Shown: positions 1 through 10,161 of the stretch, in pieces
Layout: the number at the start of each line of letters is the position of its first letter
Position numbering within the stretch: position 1 is the stretch's first letter
Origin: an uncultured Candidatus Rokubacteria bacterium
Lineage (GTDB): Bacteria > Methylomirabilota > Methylomirabilia > Rokubacteriales > DASRDR01
Assembly (NCBI GenBank): GCA_963805625.1
Contig: CAWDVE010000010.1
Coordinates: 1,120,001-1,184,000, forward strand
DNA length: 64,000 bases
Direction: 5' to 3'
The notes under the pieces: generated by a model
Told to the model about the DNA's origin: nothing
Seen by the model: the letters and a program-made list of their open reading frames with translations, nothing else
Database searches by the model: none
Translations under genes and position numbers: made by a program

Positions 1-258
1 GAGGGCCTCGTCCCAGCTCACCGGCCGGAACTCCCCGGCGCCCTTCGGCCCCGTCCGGCGAAGCGGCGTTCGCACGCGGTCGGGCGAGTGCACCAGCTCG
101 GGCTCGCGTCGGACCTTCCCGCACACGAAGCCGGCAGTGAATAGCTGGTCGGGATCCCCCTCCACGCGGACCAGCCGTCCATCCTCCACGTGAGCGAGGA
201 TCGAGCACATGTCGGGACAGTCATGGGCGCACACCGTGCGGATCACCGTCGTCGTCAC
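1..258 (-). CDS. Molybdopterin oxidoreductase, N-terminal part (runs off window edge)
   Basis: Manual translation from GTG at 258 gives MTTTVIRTVCAHDCPDMCSILAHVEDGRLVRVEGDPDQLFTAGFVCGK...DRVRTPLRRTGPKGAGEFRPVSWDEAL, with a CxxxCxxxC..C 4Fe-4S motif. GGGAG RBS upstream. Not in the ORF track. Confidence 0.9.
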   Translation of the reverse strand, partial: MTTTVIRTVCAHDCPDMCSILAHVEDGRLVRVEGDPDQLFTAGFVCGKVRREPELVHSPDRVRTPLRRTGPKGAGEFRPVSWDEAL

Positions 259-398
259 GCGGAACTCCCTCCCCTGGCGCCTCCGGCGGGGCGCGGGCTG
301 GCCGGGATCGTCGAGACCATGCTAGCGGGAGAGGGGTGGCTCCCGTAAAGGGCCGCTTCCTGACGGTCTCCAGGGGCCATTATCCCCTGGTCCGGCGA

Positions 399-1505
399 TC
401 AGGTGAGAGCCGCGGGGCCCGGGTAGACTCGGAGTCGCCGCCGAGGGAGCACGACCGGCAGGGCTTGCCCCTCGGCAAGATCCAGGCGGCGAACCAGATC
501 CACTGCGAGGTCAGCCCGGAGCGTCACGCCATCCATGGCATCGCCGGCCAGGTCGACCCGGAAGAATGAGCCCAGGAACTCCATAGCTTTGATCTGCACC
601 GTGACCGCGTTCTCCTCGCTCCCCGTGACGCTCTGGACGCGGATGTCCTCGGGACGGATCGCGAGGGTCAGACCAGTGCCCGCAGAAAGCCCGTCGATGT
701 CACACGCCAGCTCGAGCCCGCCGAACCGGACCGTGCCCGGGCGGACCACGACGGCCGGCATGAAGTTCATGACGCCGATAAAGTCGGCGACGAACGCGGA
801 GGCCGGCCGTCGGTACACCTCGACTGGAGTGCCGACCTGCTCGATCACTCCGCGGTTCATCACCACGATCCGGTCCGCGATCGTGAGCGCCTCTTCCTGG
901 TCGTGGGTGACCATGATCGTCGTCACCCCCACCCGGCGCTGAAGCTGGCGGATCTCGTGCCGGAGGTGGACCCTCACTTTCGCGTCGAGGGCCGACAAGG
1001 GCTCGTCCAGGAGGAGCAGGCCCGGCGAGGTCGCGAGCGCGCGCGCAAGGGCTACGCGCTGCTGCTGCCCTCCCGAGAGCTGGGCCGGATACTTGTCGCC
1101 CTGCTCGGGAAGGCCGACCATCTCGAGGAGCTCGCGCACCCGGGTCCGGATCTCCGCCCGGGTCAGGCGCGCGTTCTCGAGCCCATAGGCGACGTTCTTG
1201 GCGGCCGTGAGGTTGGGAAACAGGGCGTAGGATTGGAAGACGATCCCGAAATCACGCTTGGCGGCCGGGAGCACCGAGACGTCGCGGCCAGCCTGCTCGA
1301 TGTGCCCGCTCGTCTGGGGGTCCAGGCCCGCGATCGCCCGGAGGAGCGTCGTCTTCCCGCACCCGGACGGGCCGAGGAAGCAGACGAACTCGCCCTCGTC
1401 GACGTCGAGCGAGATGCGGTCGAGGGCGGTGAACTCCCCGAACCTCTTCGTGAGGTCGCGGATGCGCAGGAAGGCTGAACGGGTCTGCGCGGCCGTGACG
1501 GTCAT
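399..1505 (-). CDS. ABC transporter ATP-binding protein, putative 2-aminoethylphosphonate/Fe(III) type (PhnT2-like) with TOBE domain
   Basis: Walker A GPSGCGKT, LSGGQQQR signature, LLLLDEP Walker B; adjacent to a matching substrate-binding protein. Confidence 0.9.
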   Translation of the reverse strand: MTVTAAQTRSAFLRIRDLTKRFGEFTALDRISLDVDEGEFVCFLGPSGCGKTTLLRAIAGLDPQTSGHIEQAGRDVSVLPAAKRDFGIVFQSYALFPNLTAAKNVAYGLENARLTRAEIRTRVRELLEMVGLPEQGDKYPAQLSGGQQQRVALARALATSPGLLLLDEPLSALDAKVRVHLRHEIRQLQRRVGVTTIMVTHDQEEALTIADRIVVMNRGVIEQVGTPVEVYRRPASAFVADFIGVMNFMPAVVVRPGTVRFGGLELACDIDGLSAGTGLTLAIRPEDIRVQSVTGSEENAVTVQIKAMEFLGSFFRVDLAGDAMDGVTLRADLAVDLVRRLDLAEGQALPVVLPRRRLRVYPGPAALT

Positions 1506-1604
1506 CGCGAGCGGGCCCCGCGGGCTCGGGTCGCGCGAGTCGCGCGGGGAGCCGACCGCCCGGCGGCGGCCGGCCCCATCACGGACCCGCGACGCCCGTC
1601 CCGG

Positions 1605-2654
1605 CTACTTCTTTGGCTCGGACTTCGCGCCGTACCGCTTCTCCCACTCCGCCAGGATGCGGGCGCGGTTCGTCGCGGCCCACTGGAGGTCGTTCTTGGC
1701 CATGTGCTGGAGCATGCTGGTCGGCAGGTGCTCGACCGGCTGCGCGATCGACGGAATCGCCGTCACGGCGTAGCCCTCGTTGTAGAGCTTCATCGCCTTC
1801 TCGCTCACCGACCAGTCCACGAGCGTCTTCGCCGCCTCGAGGTTCTTGGTCCCCTTGACGATCGCCGTCGCCTCCATGTCCCAGCCCGACTTCTCCTCCG
1901 GGAAAACGATGTCGATCGGCGCGCCCTGCTTCTTCACGCGGGCCGCCCGGAACTCGAACGCGACGCCGATCGGGTACTCGCCCTGTCCCGCCATCGTGCA
2001 CGGCTTCGAGCCGGAGTGCGTGTACACCCCGATGTTCTGGTGGAGGCCGTCCATGTACTTCCAGCCCTCGGCCTCGCCGAAGAGCTGGAGCCAGCTCGAC
2101 ACGTCGAGGAACCCGGTGCCCGAGGACGCCGGGTTCGGCATCACGACCTGGCCCTTGTAGACGGGCTTGGTCAGGTCCTTCCACGAGGTCGGCTTCGGCA
2201 GGCCCTTCTTCGCGGCCTCCGTGGTGTTGAAGCAGATCGCGGCGACCCAGGCGTCCATCCCGACCCACGCCGGCGGGTTCTCCTTGTCACGGAACTGGGG
2301 GTCGAGCTTCTCGATGCCCTTCGGCGTGTAGGGCAGAAGCATGCCCTCTGGTTTCAGGACGAGGAGGCTCGTCGCGGCCAGGCCCCAGATCACATCCGCC
2401 TGCGGATTGGCCTTCTCGGCCAGGAGCTTGGCGGTGACGACACCGGTGGAGTCACGAACCCACTTGATCTCGATGTCCGGATAGTCCTCGTTGAAGCGCG
2501 CCGCGTACTTCTTCAGATCGTCGGCCTCGATGGCCGTGTAGACGGTGAGCGCCGTCTTGGCGGTCGCGCCCGCGGCCCCGAGACCCACCAGGGCCGCGGC
2601 GACGACGAGAACGAGGACGACGGATCGCATCGTGGGCCACCCGCTTCGGATCAT
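1605..2654 (-). CDS. ABC substrate-binding protein, putative 2-aminoethylphosphonate type (PhnS2-like)
   Basis: Signal peptide; LTVYTAIE, WVRDSTG, MPNPASSGTG, YTHSGSKPC and GWDMEA motifs. Start placed at ATG 2654 behind GGAGGGAGG RBS. Confidence 0.85.
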   Translation of the reverse strand: MIRSGWPTMRSVVLVLVVAAALVGLGAAGATAKTALTVYTAIEADDLKKYAARFNEDYPDIEIKWVRDSTGVVTAKLLAEKANPQADVIWGLAATSLLVLKPEGMLLPYTPKGIEKLDPQFRDKENPPAWVGMDAWVAAICFNTTEAAKKGLPKPTSWKDLTKPVYKGQVVMPNPASSGTGFLDVSSWLQLFGEAEGWKYMDGLHQNIGVYTHSGSKPCTMAGQGEYPIGVAFEFRAARVKKQGAPIDIVFPEEKSGWDMEATAIVKGTKNLEAAKTLVDWSVSEKAMKLYNEGYAVTAIPSIAQPVEHLPTSMLQHMAKNDLQWAATNRARILAEWEKRYGAKSEPKK

Positions 2655-2816
2655 CGTGACCTCCCTCCGGCTGTGTGTGACACGGCGTGAGCAGGACGAC
2701 CAAGCCGCGCACATTCTAGCCCAACGCAGGACACGCGAGAAGGGCGGCCCGTCACCGAAGCGTAACGAAGCCGCCCGGACGTTCACGCGGCCCGGCGCGA
2801 GCCCGGTCCCGGTGTC

Positions 2817-4424
2817 TCAGTCAACGACGGCGGGAGTGGGACGGGCGCGAACGCGCCGGAACAGCAGGACCAGCGGCAGGCACGCCATGGCCATGACCGC
2901 CAGCACCCGGAAACAATCCAGGAAGGAGAGCAGGGTTGCCTGCTTGACGAGCGTCCGGTACAGGAGTCCGAGGGCAGCGGACCCGGCGACGGCGGACCCA
3001 ACCTGGGGGTCAGGTGGGCTCGGGCGTCCTCCAGCCAGCGCTGGTACGCCGGATCGTAGGGGGTGAGGTGCGACACCAGGCGGGCCTGGTGAGCCTGGGT
3101 GCCTCGCGTCAGGAGGGTCGTCACGGCGGCGATGCCGACGCTCGCACCGATGTTCCGCATCAGGTTGAAGATGCCCGTTCCCTGCCCCATCTGCTCTCGC
3201 CCCAGCGTCCCCATGGCCGTCGTGGTCAGCGGGACGAAGATGAGCGGGCCCGCGAAGCCGTTCATGACGCTCGTCCAGACGACGTCCCGCTGGGCGATGT
3301 CGAGGTTCATGCGGCTGTAGATCAGGGCCGACCCGGCGGCCAGGCTGAAGCCCGCCCCGATCAGGAGGCGGCTGTCGATCCGCCCGATCAGCCGCCCGAC
3401 GAGAATGCTGGCGGTGAGCGCCCCGAGGCCGCGAGGGCTCACGGCCAGCCCGCTCTGGAGCGCCGGATACCCCAGGAGGGTCTGCAGGAAGAGCGGCAGC
3501 AGGGCGGTCGTGCCGTACAGCACGACCCCGAGCACCGTGATGAGGGCGGTCCCGATGGCGAAGTTCTGGTTCGCGAGCACGCGCAGGTTCACGATCGGCG
3601 CGATCGGTGGCGAGCTCACGAACGACGAAGGCCACGAACCCGGCCGACCGAGATCAGCGCGCACCATCGCACCCAGGGCGCGGCGAACCAGTCCACTTCC
3701 TGGCCCCGGTCGAGCACCAGCTGGAGCGTGCCGAGGAACACCACCATGAAGCCGAAGCCGAGGTAGTCGACGCGCCGCTGGCGCGCCGCACGGATGTACG
3801 GCGGATCCTCGATGAAGGCGTGCGCCATCAGGATGGCGATCGCGCCCACGGGCAGGTTGATGTAGAAGACCCACCGCCACGAGTAGTTGTCCGTGATCCA
3901 GCCGCCGAGGGTGGGGCCGAGGATGGGCGCGACGATCACGCCCATCGCGAAGGCCGCCATCGCCGCGCCGCGCCGCGCCGGCGGAAAGCTCTCCATGAGG
4001 ACGGCCTGGGCGATGGGCTGAAGCGCTCCGCCGCCCGCGCCCTGAAGGATCCGCGCCACCACGAGCATGCCCAGGCTCGTCGCGGCGCCGCAGAGGGCCG
4101 ACGCCACGGTGAACACGACGATGCAGGCGACCAGGAAGCGCTTGCGCCCGAACCGGCTGCCCAGCCAGGCCGTCATCGGCAGCACGATCGCGTTCGACAC
4201 GAGGTAGCTCGTGAGGACCCACGTCGCCTCCTCGGGTGTCGCGGAAAGGCTGCCGGCGATGTGCGGAAGCGAGACGTTCGCCACGGCCGTATCGAGCACT
4301 TCCATGAACGTGGCCAGCATCACCGAGATCGCGATGAGCCACGGGTTGAAACGGGGAACCCACTCGACGGGGGCCCGGCAGGCGGCGGGGTCGGCTCCGC
4401 GTCGGCCCCTCCTTTTCGTTCCAT
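2817..4424 (-). pseudogene. emrB: DHA2 (EmrB/QacA) MFS efflux permease, interrupted by about 4 single-base frameshifts (pseudogene or sequencing error)
   Basis: Motifs FNPWLIAISVMLATFMEVLDTAVANVSLP, WRWVFYINLPVG, PIVNLRVL and GIFNLMRNIGASVG are spread over three frames. Shifts near 4371, 3644, 3598 and 3007. Confidence 0.85.
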
Positions 4425-4449
4425 ATGAATCACATTACAATACGTGAAC

Positions 4450-5134
4450 GTGAGTGTGAAATCAGTCCACGAGACCCGGAAGCGGCGGGCCGCCGTCCCC
4501 CGGCCGACCGGCCGGAAGGCGCGAGAGCGGGCGCGGCGTTTCGCCGACGTGCTGGCTGCCGCCCGGCGCCTGTACGCCCGCAAGGGTTACCAGCAGACGG
4601 CCATGGTCGAGATCGCGCGGGCCTCGGAGCTCGCCGTGGGAACGCTCTACCAGCTGTTCCCGTCCAAGGAGGCGATCCTCCGGAGCCTGCTCGAGGAGCG
4701 AATGGACGAGCTGATCGCGCGCGTGCGCGCGGCCGTCGACGGGGAGCGGGAGGTCCGCGACCAGCTGCGGCGCGTCGTGGAGACTCACCTCGCGTTCGCG
4801 CGCGGAGAACGCCGACATCCTCCGCCTCTATCTCTCGGGCTGGATCGGCTACGACACGCGAACCCGCCAGCGGTTCGGAGACCGGATCGACGCGCGCTAC
4901 GAGCGCTACGTCCTGGTGCTGACGGCGGTGTTCAAGCGGGGCGTGGAGACCGGCGCCCTCGCGCCGAGGCCGCCGCGACGGCTCGCGGTGACGCTGGCGG
5001 GCCTGATTCACGCCGTGATCCGGCGCGGCCTCCGGGAGCGGCGGATCGACTTCACGGCCGAGGGCGACGCCCTCCTCGACATCCTCCTCCACGGGGTCCT
5101 GCCTCGCGGGCCTGCCGCCGGACCCTCGCGATGA
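4450..5134 (+). CDS. TetR/AcrR family regulator with one frameshift near 4803
   Basis: HTH segment AARRLYARKGYQQTAMVEIARASELAVGTLYQLFPSKE. C-terminal domain continues in another frame (ENADILRLYLSGW...LLHGVLPRGPAAGPSR*). Confidence 0.8.
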
Positions 5135-6438
5135 GCCTCGATCCCGAGCTCGACGCCCTGCCCCGCCGCCGGCGCCGGCGGTGGGCGCCGAAGCGGATCG
5201 CGTTCCTGGCGCTGATCGCCGCCGCTGCCGTCGCCGGTGCCATCTACGGTCACGCGTGGTGGCGCCACCTGCAGGCCCACGTCTCGACGGACGACGCGTA
5301 CGTCGCGGGCCGCATCGCGCCGGTCAGCGCCCGGGTCGCGGGCCACGTGGCCAAGGTGCTCGTCAACGACAACCAGGACGTCCAGGCGGGGGATCTCCTC
5401 GTGCGTCTCGACGCGCGGGACTTCGAGGTCGCCCTCGCGGAGGCGCGGGCGGCCGCGGAAGCCGCGCGCGCCGACCTGCGGAACGCCACGCTCAACGTGC
5501 CGCTGACCGACGACACGACGCGGAGCGCGGCCACTCAGGCGGCGGCCGCGCTCGCCGCGGTCGAGCAAGGCGCCGAGATGTCGCGGCACGACCTCGAGCA
5601 GCGGCGCAGCGATCTCCGCGCGAAGCAGGCGGCGGTCGCCGCCGCCGATGCCGGCGTCCGCGCCGCCGCCGCCGACCTCGACCGGGCGCGGCAGGACCGC
5701 GATCGGCTCGTCGAGCTGTTCCGGGGGCAGCTCGTCGCCCGCCAGGATCTCGACCACGCCGAATCGGCGTTCCAGAGCGCCAGGGCGGCGCTCGACGGGG
5801 CCCGCGATCGGCTCGGCCAGGCGCATGGCGAGGCGCAGCAGGCGGCAGCCGCCGTGGAGAGCCAGTCCTCGGCCTTGATCCAGGCCACCCGGCGCGTCGA
5901 CGAGTCTCGGGCGACCCTGGCCAGCGCCGTGAGCCAGCGACAGCAGGTCGGGGTGCGCCAGACGCAGGTCGACGCCGCGCGCGGCCGGCTGGAGCAGGCG
6001 CTGGCCAACCTCGCCCAGGCGGAGCTGAACCTCGCGTACACGACCATCCGCGCGCCGATGAGCGGGCGCGTGACCAAGAAGACGGTCGAGGTCGGCCAGG
6101 TGGTCCAGCCCGGCCAGCTGTTCCTCTCGGTGGTCGATCTCCGTGACGTCTGGGTCATCGGAAACTTCAAGGAGACCGACCTCACGGACGTGCGACCGGG
6201 CCAGCCGGCCGCGATCACGGTCGACACCTACCCCGGCGTCGTCTTCAAGGGGCGCGTCGATTCGATCCAGGCGGGGTCGGGCGCGGTCTTCTCCCTGCTG
6301 CCTCCGGAGAACGCGTCGGGAAACTTCGTGAAGGTGGTCCAGCGGGTGCCCGTCAAGCTCGTCTTCGAGCCGGGGGAGACGACGAAGCACGCCCTCGTCC
6401 CCGGCATGTCGGTCGTGCCCACCATCGCCGTCCGCTGA
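5131..6438 (+). CDS. emrA: HlyD/EmrA family efflux membrane-fusion protein
   Basis: N-terminal TM, STDDAYV, coiled coil, FSLLPPENASGNFVKVVQRVPV. ATG 5131 overlaps the TetR stop (ATGA). Confidence 0.9.
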   Translation: MSLDPELDALPRRRRRRWAPKRIAFLALIAAAAVAGAIYGHAWWRHLQAHVSTDDAYVAGRIAPVSARVAGHVAKVLVNDNQDVQAGDLLVRLDARDFEVALAEARAAAEAARADLRNATLNVPLTDDTTRSAATQAAAALAAVEQGAEMSRHDLEQRRSDLRAKQAAVAAADAGVRAAAADLDRARQDRDRLVELFRGQLVARQDLDHAESAFQSARAALDGARDRLGQAHGEAQQAAAAVESQSSALIQATRRVDESRATLASAVSQRQQVGVRQTQVDAARGRLEQALANLAQAELNLAYTTIRAPMSGRVTKKTVEVGQVVQPGQLFLSVVDLRDVWVIGNFKETDLTDVRPGQPAAITVDTYPGVVFKGRVDSIQAGSGAVFSLLPPENASGNFVKVVQRVPVKLVFEPGETTKHALVPGMSVVPTIAVR

Positions 6439-6586
6439 TCACCTGACCCACGGGACCGGTTTGCCGCCTCGGTGAGCGCCGGGCTACCCCAATCGTGGGC
6501 AGTCACCTGACTCCGGGTGTCCCCCGCCACGGCAACACGCCGAAAAGTCGGGGCGATCCCTCGACTCCCTCCGCGCGGCACGCCGC

Positions 6587-6841
6587 TTGCTCTGGTGCCG
6601 CTCCCTGGCTCTGGCGGCCTTCGGGGGCGAGCCCTGGGAAGGCCTCGCCGCCGACGTGGCGGGCGTCGTCGGGGCCTGCCCGGGGGTCCGCGCGGCCGGC
6701 GGCGCCCTCGCGCGGCGTGGCGTCATCGTCCGATGCCTCGCCGAGAGCGCGGCGGCCCTGGGTGACGCTGTCGAGCGCCTCTGGGCCCTGGTGCGGCGCC
6801 GGATGCTCGACTGCCCGCCCCTCGCCCTCCGGAAGCTCTAG
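6587..6841 (+). pseudogene. Probable C-terminal remnant of urease accessory protein UreD
   Basis: GGALARRGVIVRCLAESAAALGDAVERLWALVRRRMLDCPPLALRKL* resembles the UreD C-terminus. No N-terminal part and no urease genes nearby. Confidence 0.55.
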
Positions 6842-6972
6842 CTCGCGCCCAGCCTGTTTCTTCGTCCAGGACACACCCCGTCTCTCACCCTCGACTGATC
6901 TCGCCCCACCCGCTTGATCCACCAGACCATGGCGACCGGGCCGCCGGGTGGGGTATTCTCCGGCGAGAAGGC

Positions 6973-8112
6973 ATGACCACCTACCGCATCCCGTTCAACC
7001 GTCCCAGTCTGACTGGGAACGAGCTCCGCTACATCCAGGAGTCCGTGGACTCGGGGCGGATCTCAGGCGACGGCGTGTTCACCGAGAAGTGCCGACGCCT
7101 GCTCGAGGAGCTGCTCAGCGCCCCCCGGGTGCTGCTGACGACGTCCTGCACGACGGCGCTCGAGATCGCCGCCCTGCTCCTCGACCTCGGGCCGGGCGAC
7201 GAGGTGATCATGCCGTCGTTCACCTTCGTCTCCACGGCGAACGCGTTCGTGCTCCGCGGGGCGCGCCCGGTCTTCGTCGACATCCGTCCCGACACGCTCA
7301 ACCTCGACGAGCGACTCCTCCCGTCGCTGGTCACGCCCCGCACGCGGGCGATCGTCCCCGTGCACTACGCCGGCGTCGGCTGCGAGATGGACGCGATCCT
7401 GGCGGTCGCGAGCCGGCACGGCCTCGCGGTGGTCGAGGACAATGCCCACGGCCTGTTCGGCACCTACCGCGGGCGACCGCTCGGCAGCTTCGGCGGCCTG
7501 GCGGCTCAGAGCTTCCACGAGACGAAGAACATCAGCTGCGGCGAGGGCGGAGCGCTCGTCATCAACGACGAGCGCTACGCCGAGCGCGCCGAGATCCTCC
7601 GCGAGAAGGGCACGAACCGGAGCCGCTTGTTCCGCGGTCAGGTGGACAAGTACACCTGGGTGGACGTCGGATCGAGCTCGCTCCCCTCCGACATCCTGGC
7701 GGCGTTCCTGTACGCCCAGCTCGAGGCTCGTGGCAGCATCCAGGCCAGGCGCCGCCGTATCTGGGAGTGCTACGCGCGGGAGCTCCCAGGATGGGCCGGC
7801 GCCCACGGCATCGGGCTTCCGTCCGTTCCGGCGCACTGTGAGCAGCCGTACCACCTCTTCTACCTAGTCACCGCGTCGCTCGAGCAGCGCACCCGGCTCA
7901 TCGCGCACCTCAGGCAGCGCGGGATCCTGGCGGTCTTCCACTATCTTCCGCTGCACCTCTCCGAGATGGGCCAGCGCCTGGGGGGCAAGCCCGGGGACTG
8001 CCCGGTCACCGAGGACCTGAGCGACCGCGTGCTCCGCCTCCCCTTCTACAACGACCTCGGCGAGGAGGAGCGAGCCTACGTGGTCGACAGCCTGCGCGCC
8101 TTCGACGGTTGA
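6973..8112 (+). CDS. wecE: dTDP-4-amino-4,6-dideoxygalactose transaminase (DegT/DnrJ family)
   Basis: IPFNRP, SGDGVFT, SFHETKN (PLP lysine), REKGTNRS, GQVDKYTWVD and VFHYLPLH are typical of RffA/WecE. Confidence 0.9.
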   Translation: MTTYRIPFNRPSLTGNELRYIQESVDSGRISGDGVFTEKCRRLLEELLSAPRVLLTTSCTTALEIAALLLDLGPGDEVIMPSFTFVSTANAFVLRGARPVFVDIRPDTLNLDERLLPSLVTPRTRAIVPVHYAGVGCEMDAILAVASRHGLAVVEDNAHGLFGTYRGRPLGSFGGLAAQSFHETKNISCGEGGALVINDERYAERAEILREKGTNRSRLFRGQVDKYTWVDVGSSSLPSDILAAFLYAQLEARGSIQARRRRIWECYARELPGWAGAHGIGLPSVPAHCEQPYHLFYLVTASLEQRTRLIAHLRQRGILAVFHYLPLHLSEMGQRLGGKPGDCPVTEDLSDRVLRLPFYNDLGEEERAYVVDSLRAFDG

Positions 8113-8151
8113 CGCCCTGAGCGATCCGACAAACCTCGCGCTTCGGGCTGA

Positions 8152-9333
8152 ATGAGGCAGCTAGCCGGTCGGCTGGGGCGCGGCGTCCGCGAGAGCCGCG
8201 AGCCGCTCCTGGTCTTCGCCGTCACCCGCGGGGCGCTCTTCCTGCTCGCCTATCTCAGCCTCGCCGTCCTGCCGCTCAATTCCGATCCCGGTGTCGCGGG
8301 CCCCACCGGAGGCCCCTGGCGCGGCTTCCCAACCAACCTGTGGCTCGACGGCTGGGCCCGCTGGGACGCCGGGTGGTACGACCACATCGCGACGCACGGC
8401 TACGTCGACCAGGCCGTCGGGCCGGCCGGCCAGCGCAACCTGGCGTTCTACCCCGTCTATCCCCTGGCCATGCGGCTCGTGAGCCTCGCCGGACCGGAGC
8501 CGCTGGCTGCCGGGATCCTGGTTTCGAACCTGGCGTTCCTCGGCGCGCTCCTGCTGCTCCACCGCGTGGCGCGCGCGCGCTTCGGCGCCGAGGCGGCGTT
8601 CAGGTGCGTCCTCCTCCTATCGGTCTTTCCCTTCTCCTTCTACTTCAGCGCCGTGTACTCGGAGGGCCTGTTCCTGTTCCTGGCTGTGGCGTCGCTGTTC
8701 CTGGGCGAGCGAGGGCATTGGGCGGGGGCGTCGCTCTGCGCGCTTCTCTGCGGCGCCACGCGCGCGCCCGGACTCGCCCTCGCGCCAGCGCTGGGCCTCC
8801 TCTACCTCGACCGGATCCGGTTCGATCTCAGGAAGGTGCGCCCGGACGTCCTTTGGCTCGGACTGAGCGTCCTCGGGCCCGTCCTGTTCTACGCGTACCT
8901 GCACGTCCAGTTCGGCGACCCGTGGCTCGCGTTCAAGGCGACACGGGTGCCGGGCTGGTGGCAAGGGGGATTCAGCCTGAAGCCCGTCGAGCGGGCCGTG
9001 CGGGCCTTGCGCTCGATCGAGAACCTCCGAACGGGCCAGTTCCCTGTGGTCTACGACCTGAACCTCCTGGCGGCGCTACTCTGTCTCGGCTCGCTCGTTC
9101 CCGTGTTCCGGCGGCAGCCGCTGGCCTGGGGTCTTTTCAGCCTGCTGATCGTGGCATCGGGTGTGCTCCAGCCGGGCGGCTGGGGACGCTATGTGCTTCC
9201 GGCCTTCCCGGTGTTCCTGGCCTGGGCAGTCGCCCTGGAGAACCGCCTGGCGTTCGCGGGAGCCGTCGTGCTCTCCACGCTCTTGCTGGCGCTGCTCACG
9301 ATTCTGTACACGCACTGGTACTGGGTGGCCTAA
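8152..9333 (+). CDS. GT-C membrane glycosyltransferase (PIG-V/mannosyltransferase-like)
   Basis: WARWDAGWY, AFYPVYP, YSEGLFL and RYVLPAFP motifs; multiple TM segments. Confidence 0.85.
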   Translation: MRQLAGRLGRGVRESREPLLVFAVTRGALFLLAYLSLAVLPLNSDPGVAGPTGGPWRGFPTNLWLDGWARWDAGWYDHIATHGYVDQAVGPAGQRNLAFYPVYPLAMRLVSLAGPEPLAAGILVSNLAFLGALLLLHRVARARFGAEAAFRCVLLLSVFPFSFYFSAVYSEGLFLFLAVASLFLGERGHWAGASLCALLCGATRAPGLALAPALGLLYLDRIRFDLRKVRPDVLWLGLSVLGPVLFYAYLHVQFGDPWLAFKATRVPGWWQGGFSLKPVERAVRALRSIENLRTGQFPVVYDLNLLAALLCLGSLVPVFRRQPLAWGLFSLLIVASGVLQPGGWGRYVLPAFPVFLAWAVALENRLAFAGAVVLSTLLLALLTILYTHWYWVA

Positions 9334-9339
9334 TCGCCC

Positions 9340-10161
9340 TCACTTGGAGATCACGCCCGGACGGAGGAGGTGCGGGGCCTCCGGCGCGTGCCAATGAAAG
9401 GTCGCCCGTGGGTTTCGGAACCGCCAGCCGAAGTGTGCGACCAGGTTCATGATACGCGTGTTGCCGGCCGAGAGCTTGGCCGTGATCCACCGGGTGCCGA
9501 GGGCCTTCAGATCGAGCTGCATGCCTGTCATGAGCGCCAGCGCGGCCGGCGTGCCCTTGGCCGCCTCGGTCACCCCCATGATGCCGACCTCGGCACGGTC
9601 CTCGACGAGCCTCAGCTGGAAGAAGCCCTTGACGTTGCCCGGCTTGCCGACGACGTACACGCGGTCCGCCGGATCCGTTGAGGTACAGGCGCTCCGGACC
9701 CAGTGACGGTAGCGTCGATCCGCCAGGTCCGGTGGGAAGCACGGATCGGCGCTGTACCGCCCGTGACGGAAGGTGTGTCCCGCGATCTCCTCGATCTGCG
9801 GATGGTCGTCCACGGTACCGAGCCGCACCGGACGCGACGGGGGCGGCGCATCGTACGTCTGGATGCGAAACGCGACGTCCAGGGTCTGCTCCACGGACAC
9901 GAATCCCAGCGCAGGCATCAGCGCCCGCCAGATCCGGTCGTCCGCGGGAACGGTACAGGAGACGAGCTCGACCCGGTGCGTCGACGTCCACGCGCGGAGT
10001 CGATCGCCACAGGCCACCAGGTCAGCCTGAAGGGCGCAGGGCTCCCCGGGCTCGTAGGTGCCAACCGGAAATCCGAAGATGTCCGTGTCCCAAGGCACGA
10101 CGAACACCCCACCCCACTCCGGGCGCTCCGCGTCGAGCGGCTGGACGGAGACCTCAGGCAT
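9340..10161 (-). CDS. GNAT acetyltransferase, WecD/RffC-like
   Basis: WDTDIFG, GRYSADP...ADRRYRHW and GWRF motifs. Start MPEVSV overlaps the GT2 stop. Confidence 0.7.
   Translation of the reverse strand: MPEVSVQPLDAERPEWGGVFVVPWDTDIFGFPVGTYEPGEPCALQADLVACGDRLRAWTSTHRVELVSCTVPADDRIWRALMPALGFVSVEQTLDVAFRIQTYDAPPPSRPVRLGTVDDHPQIEEIAGHTFRHGRYSADPCFPPDLADRRYRHWVRSACTSTDPADRVYVVGKPGNVKGFFQLRLVEDRAEVGIMGVTEAAKGTPAALALMTGMQLDLKALGTRWITAKLSAGNTRIMNLVAHFGWRFRNPRATFHWHAPEAPHLLRPGVISK

Noticed and set aside
4444-6438. 664 aa TetR-HlyD fusion ORF
   Set aside because: The linker is an out-of-frame read of the TetR C-terminus caused by a shift near 4803; emrA has its own ATGA-coupled start at 5131.
6440-6570. 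Possible c-di-GMP-I riboswitch (GGCAAACC on minus, GCCGGGCTACC on plus)
   Set aside because: The motif pieces lie on opposite strands and the GAAA tetraloop/receptor arrangement is missing.
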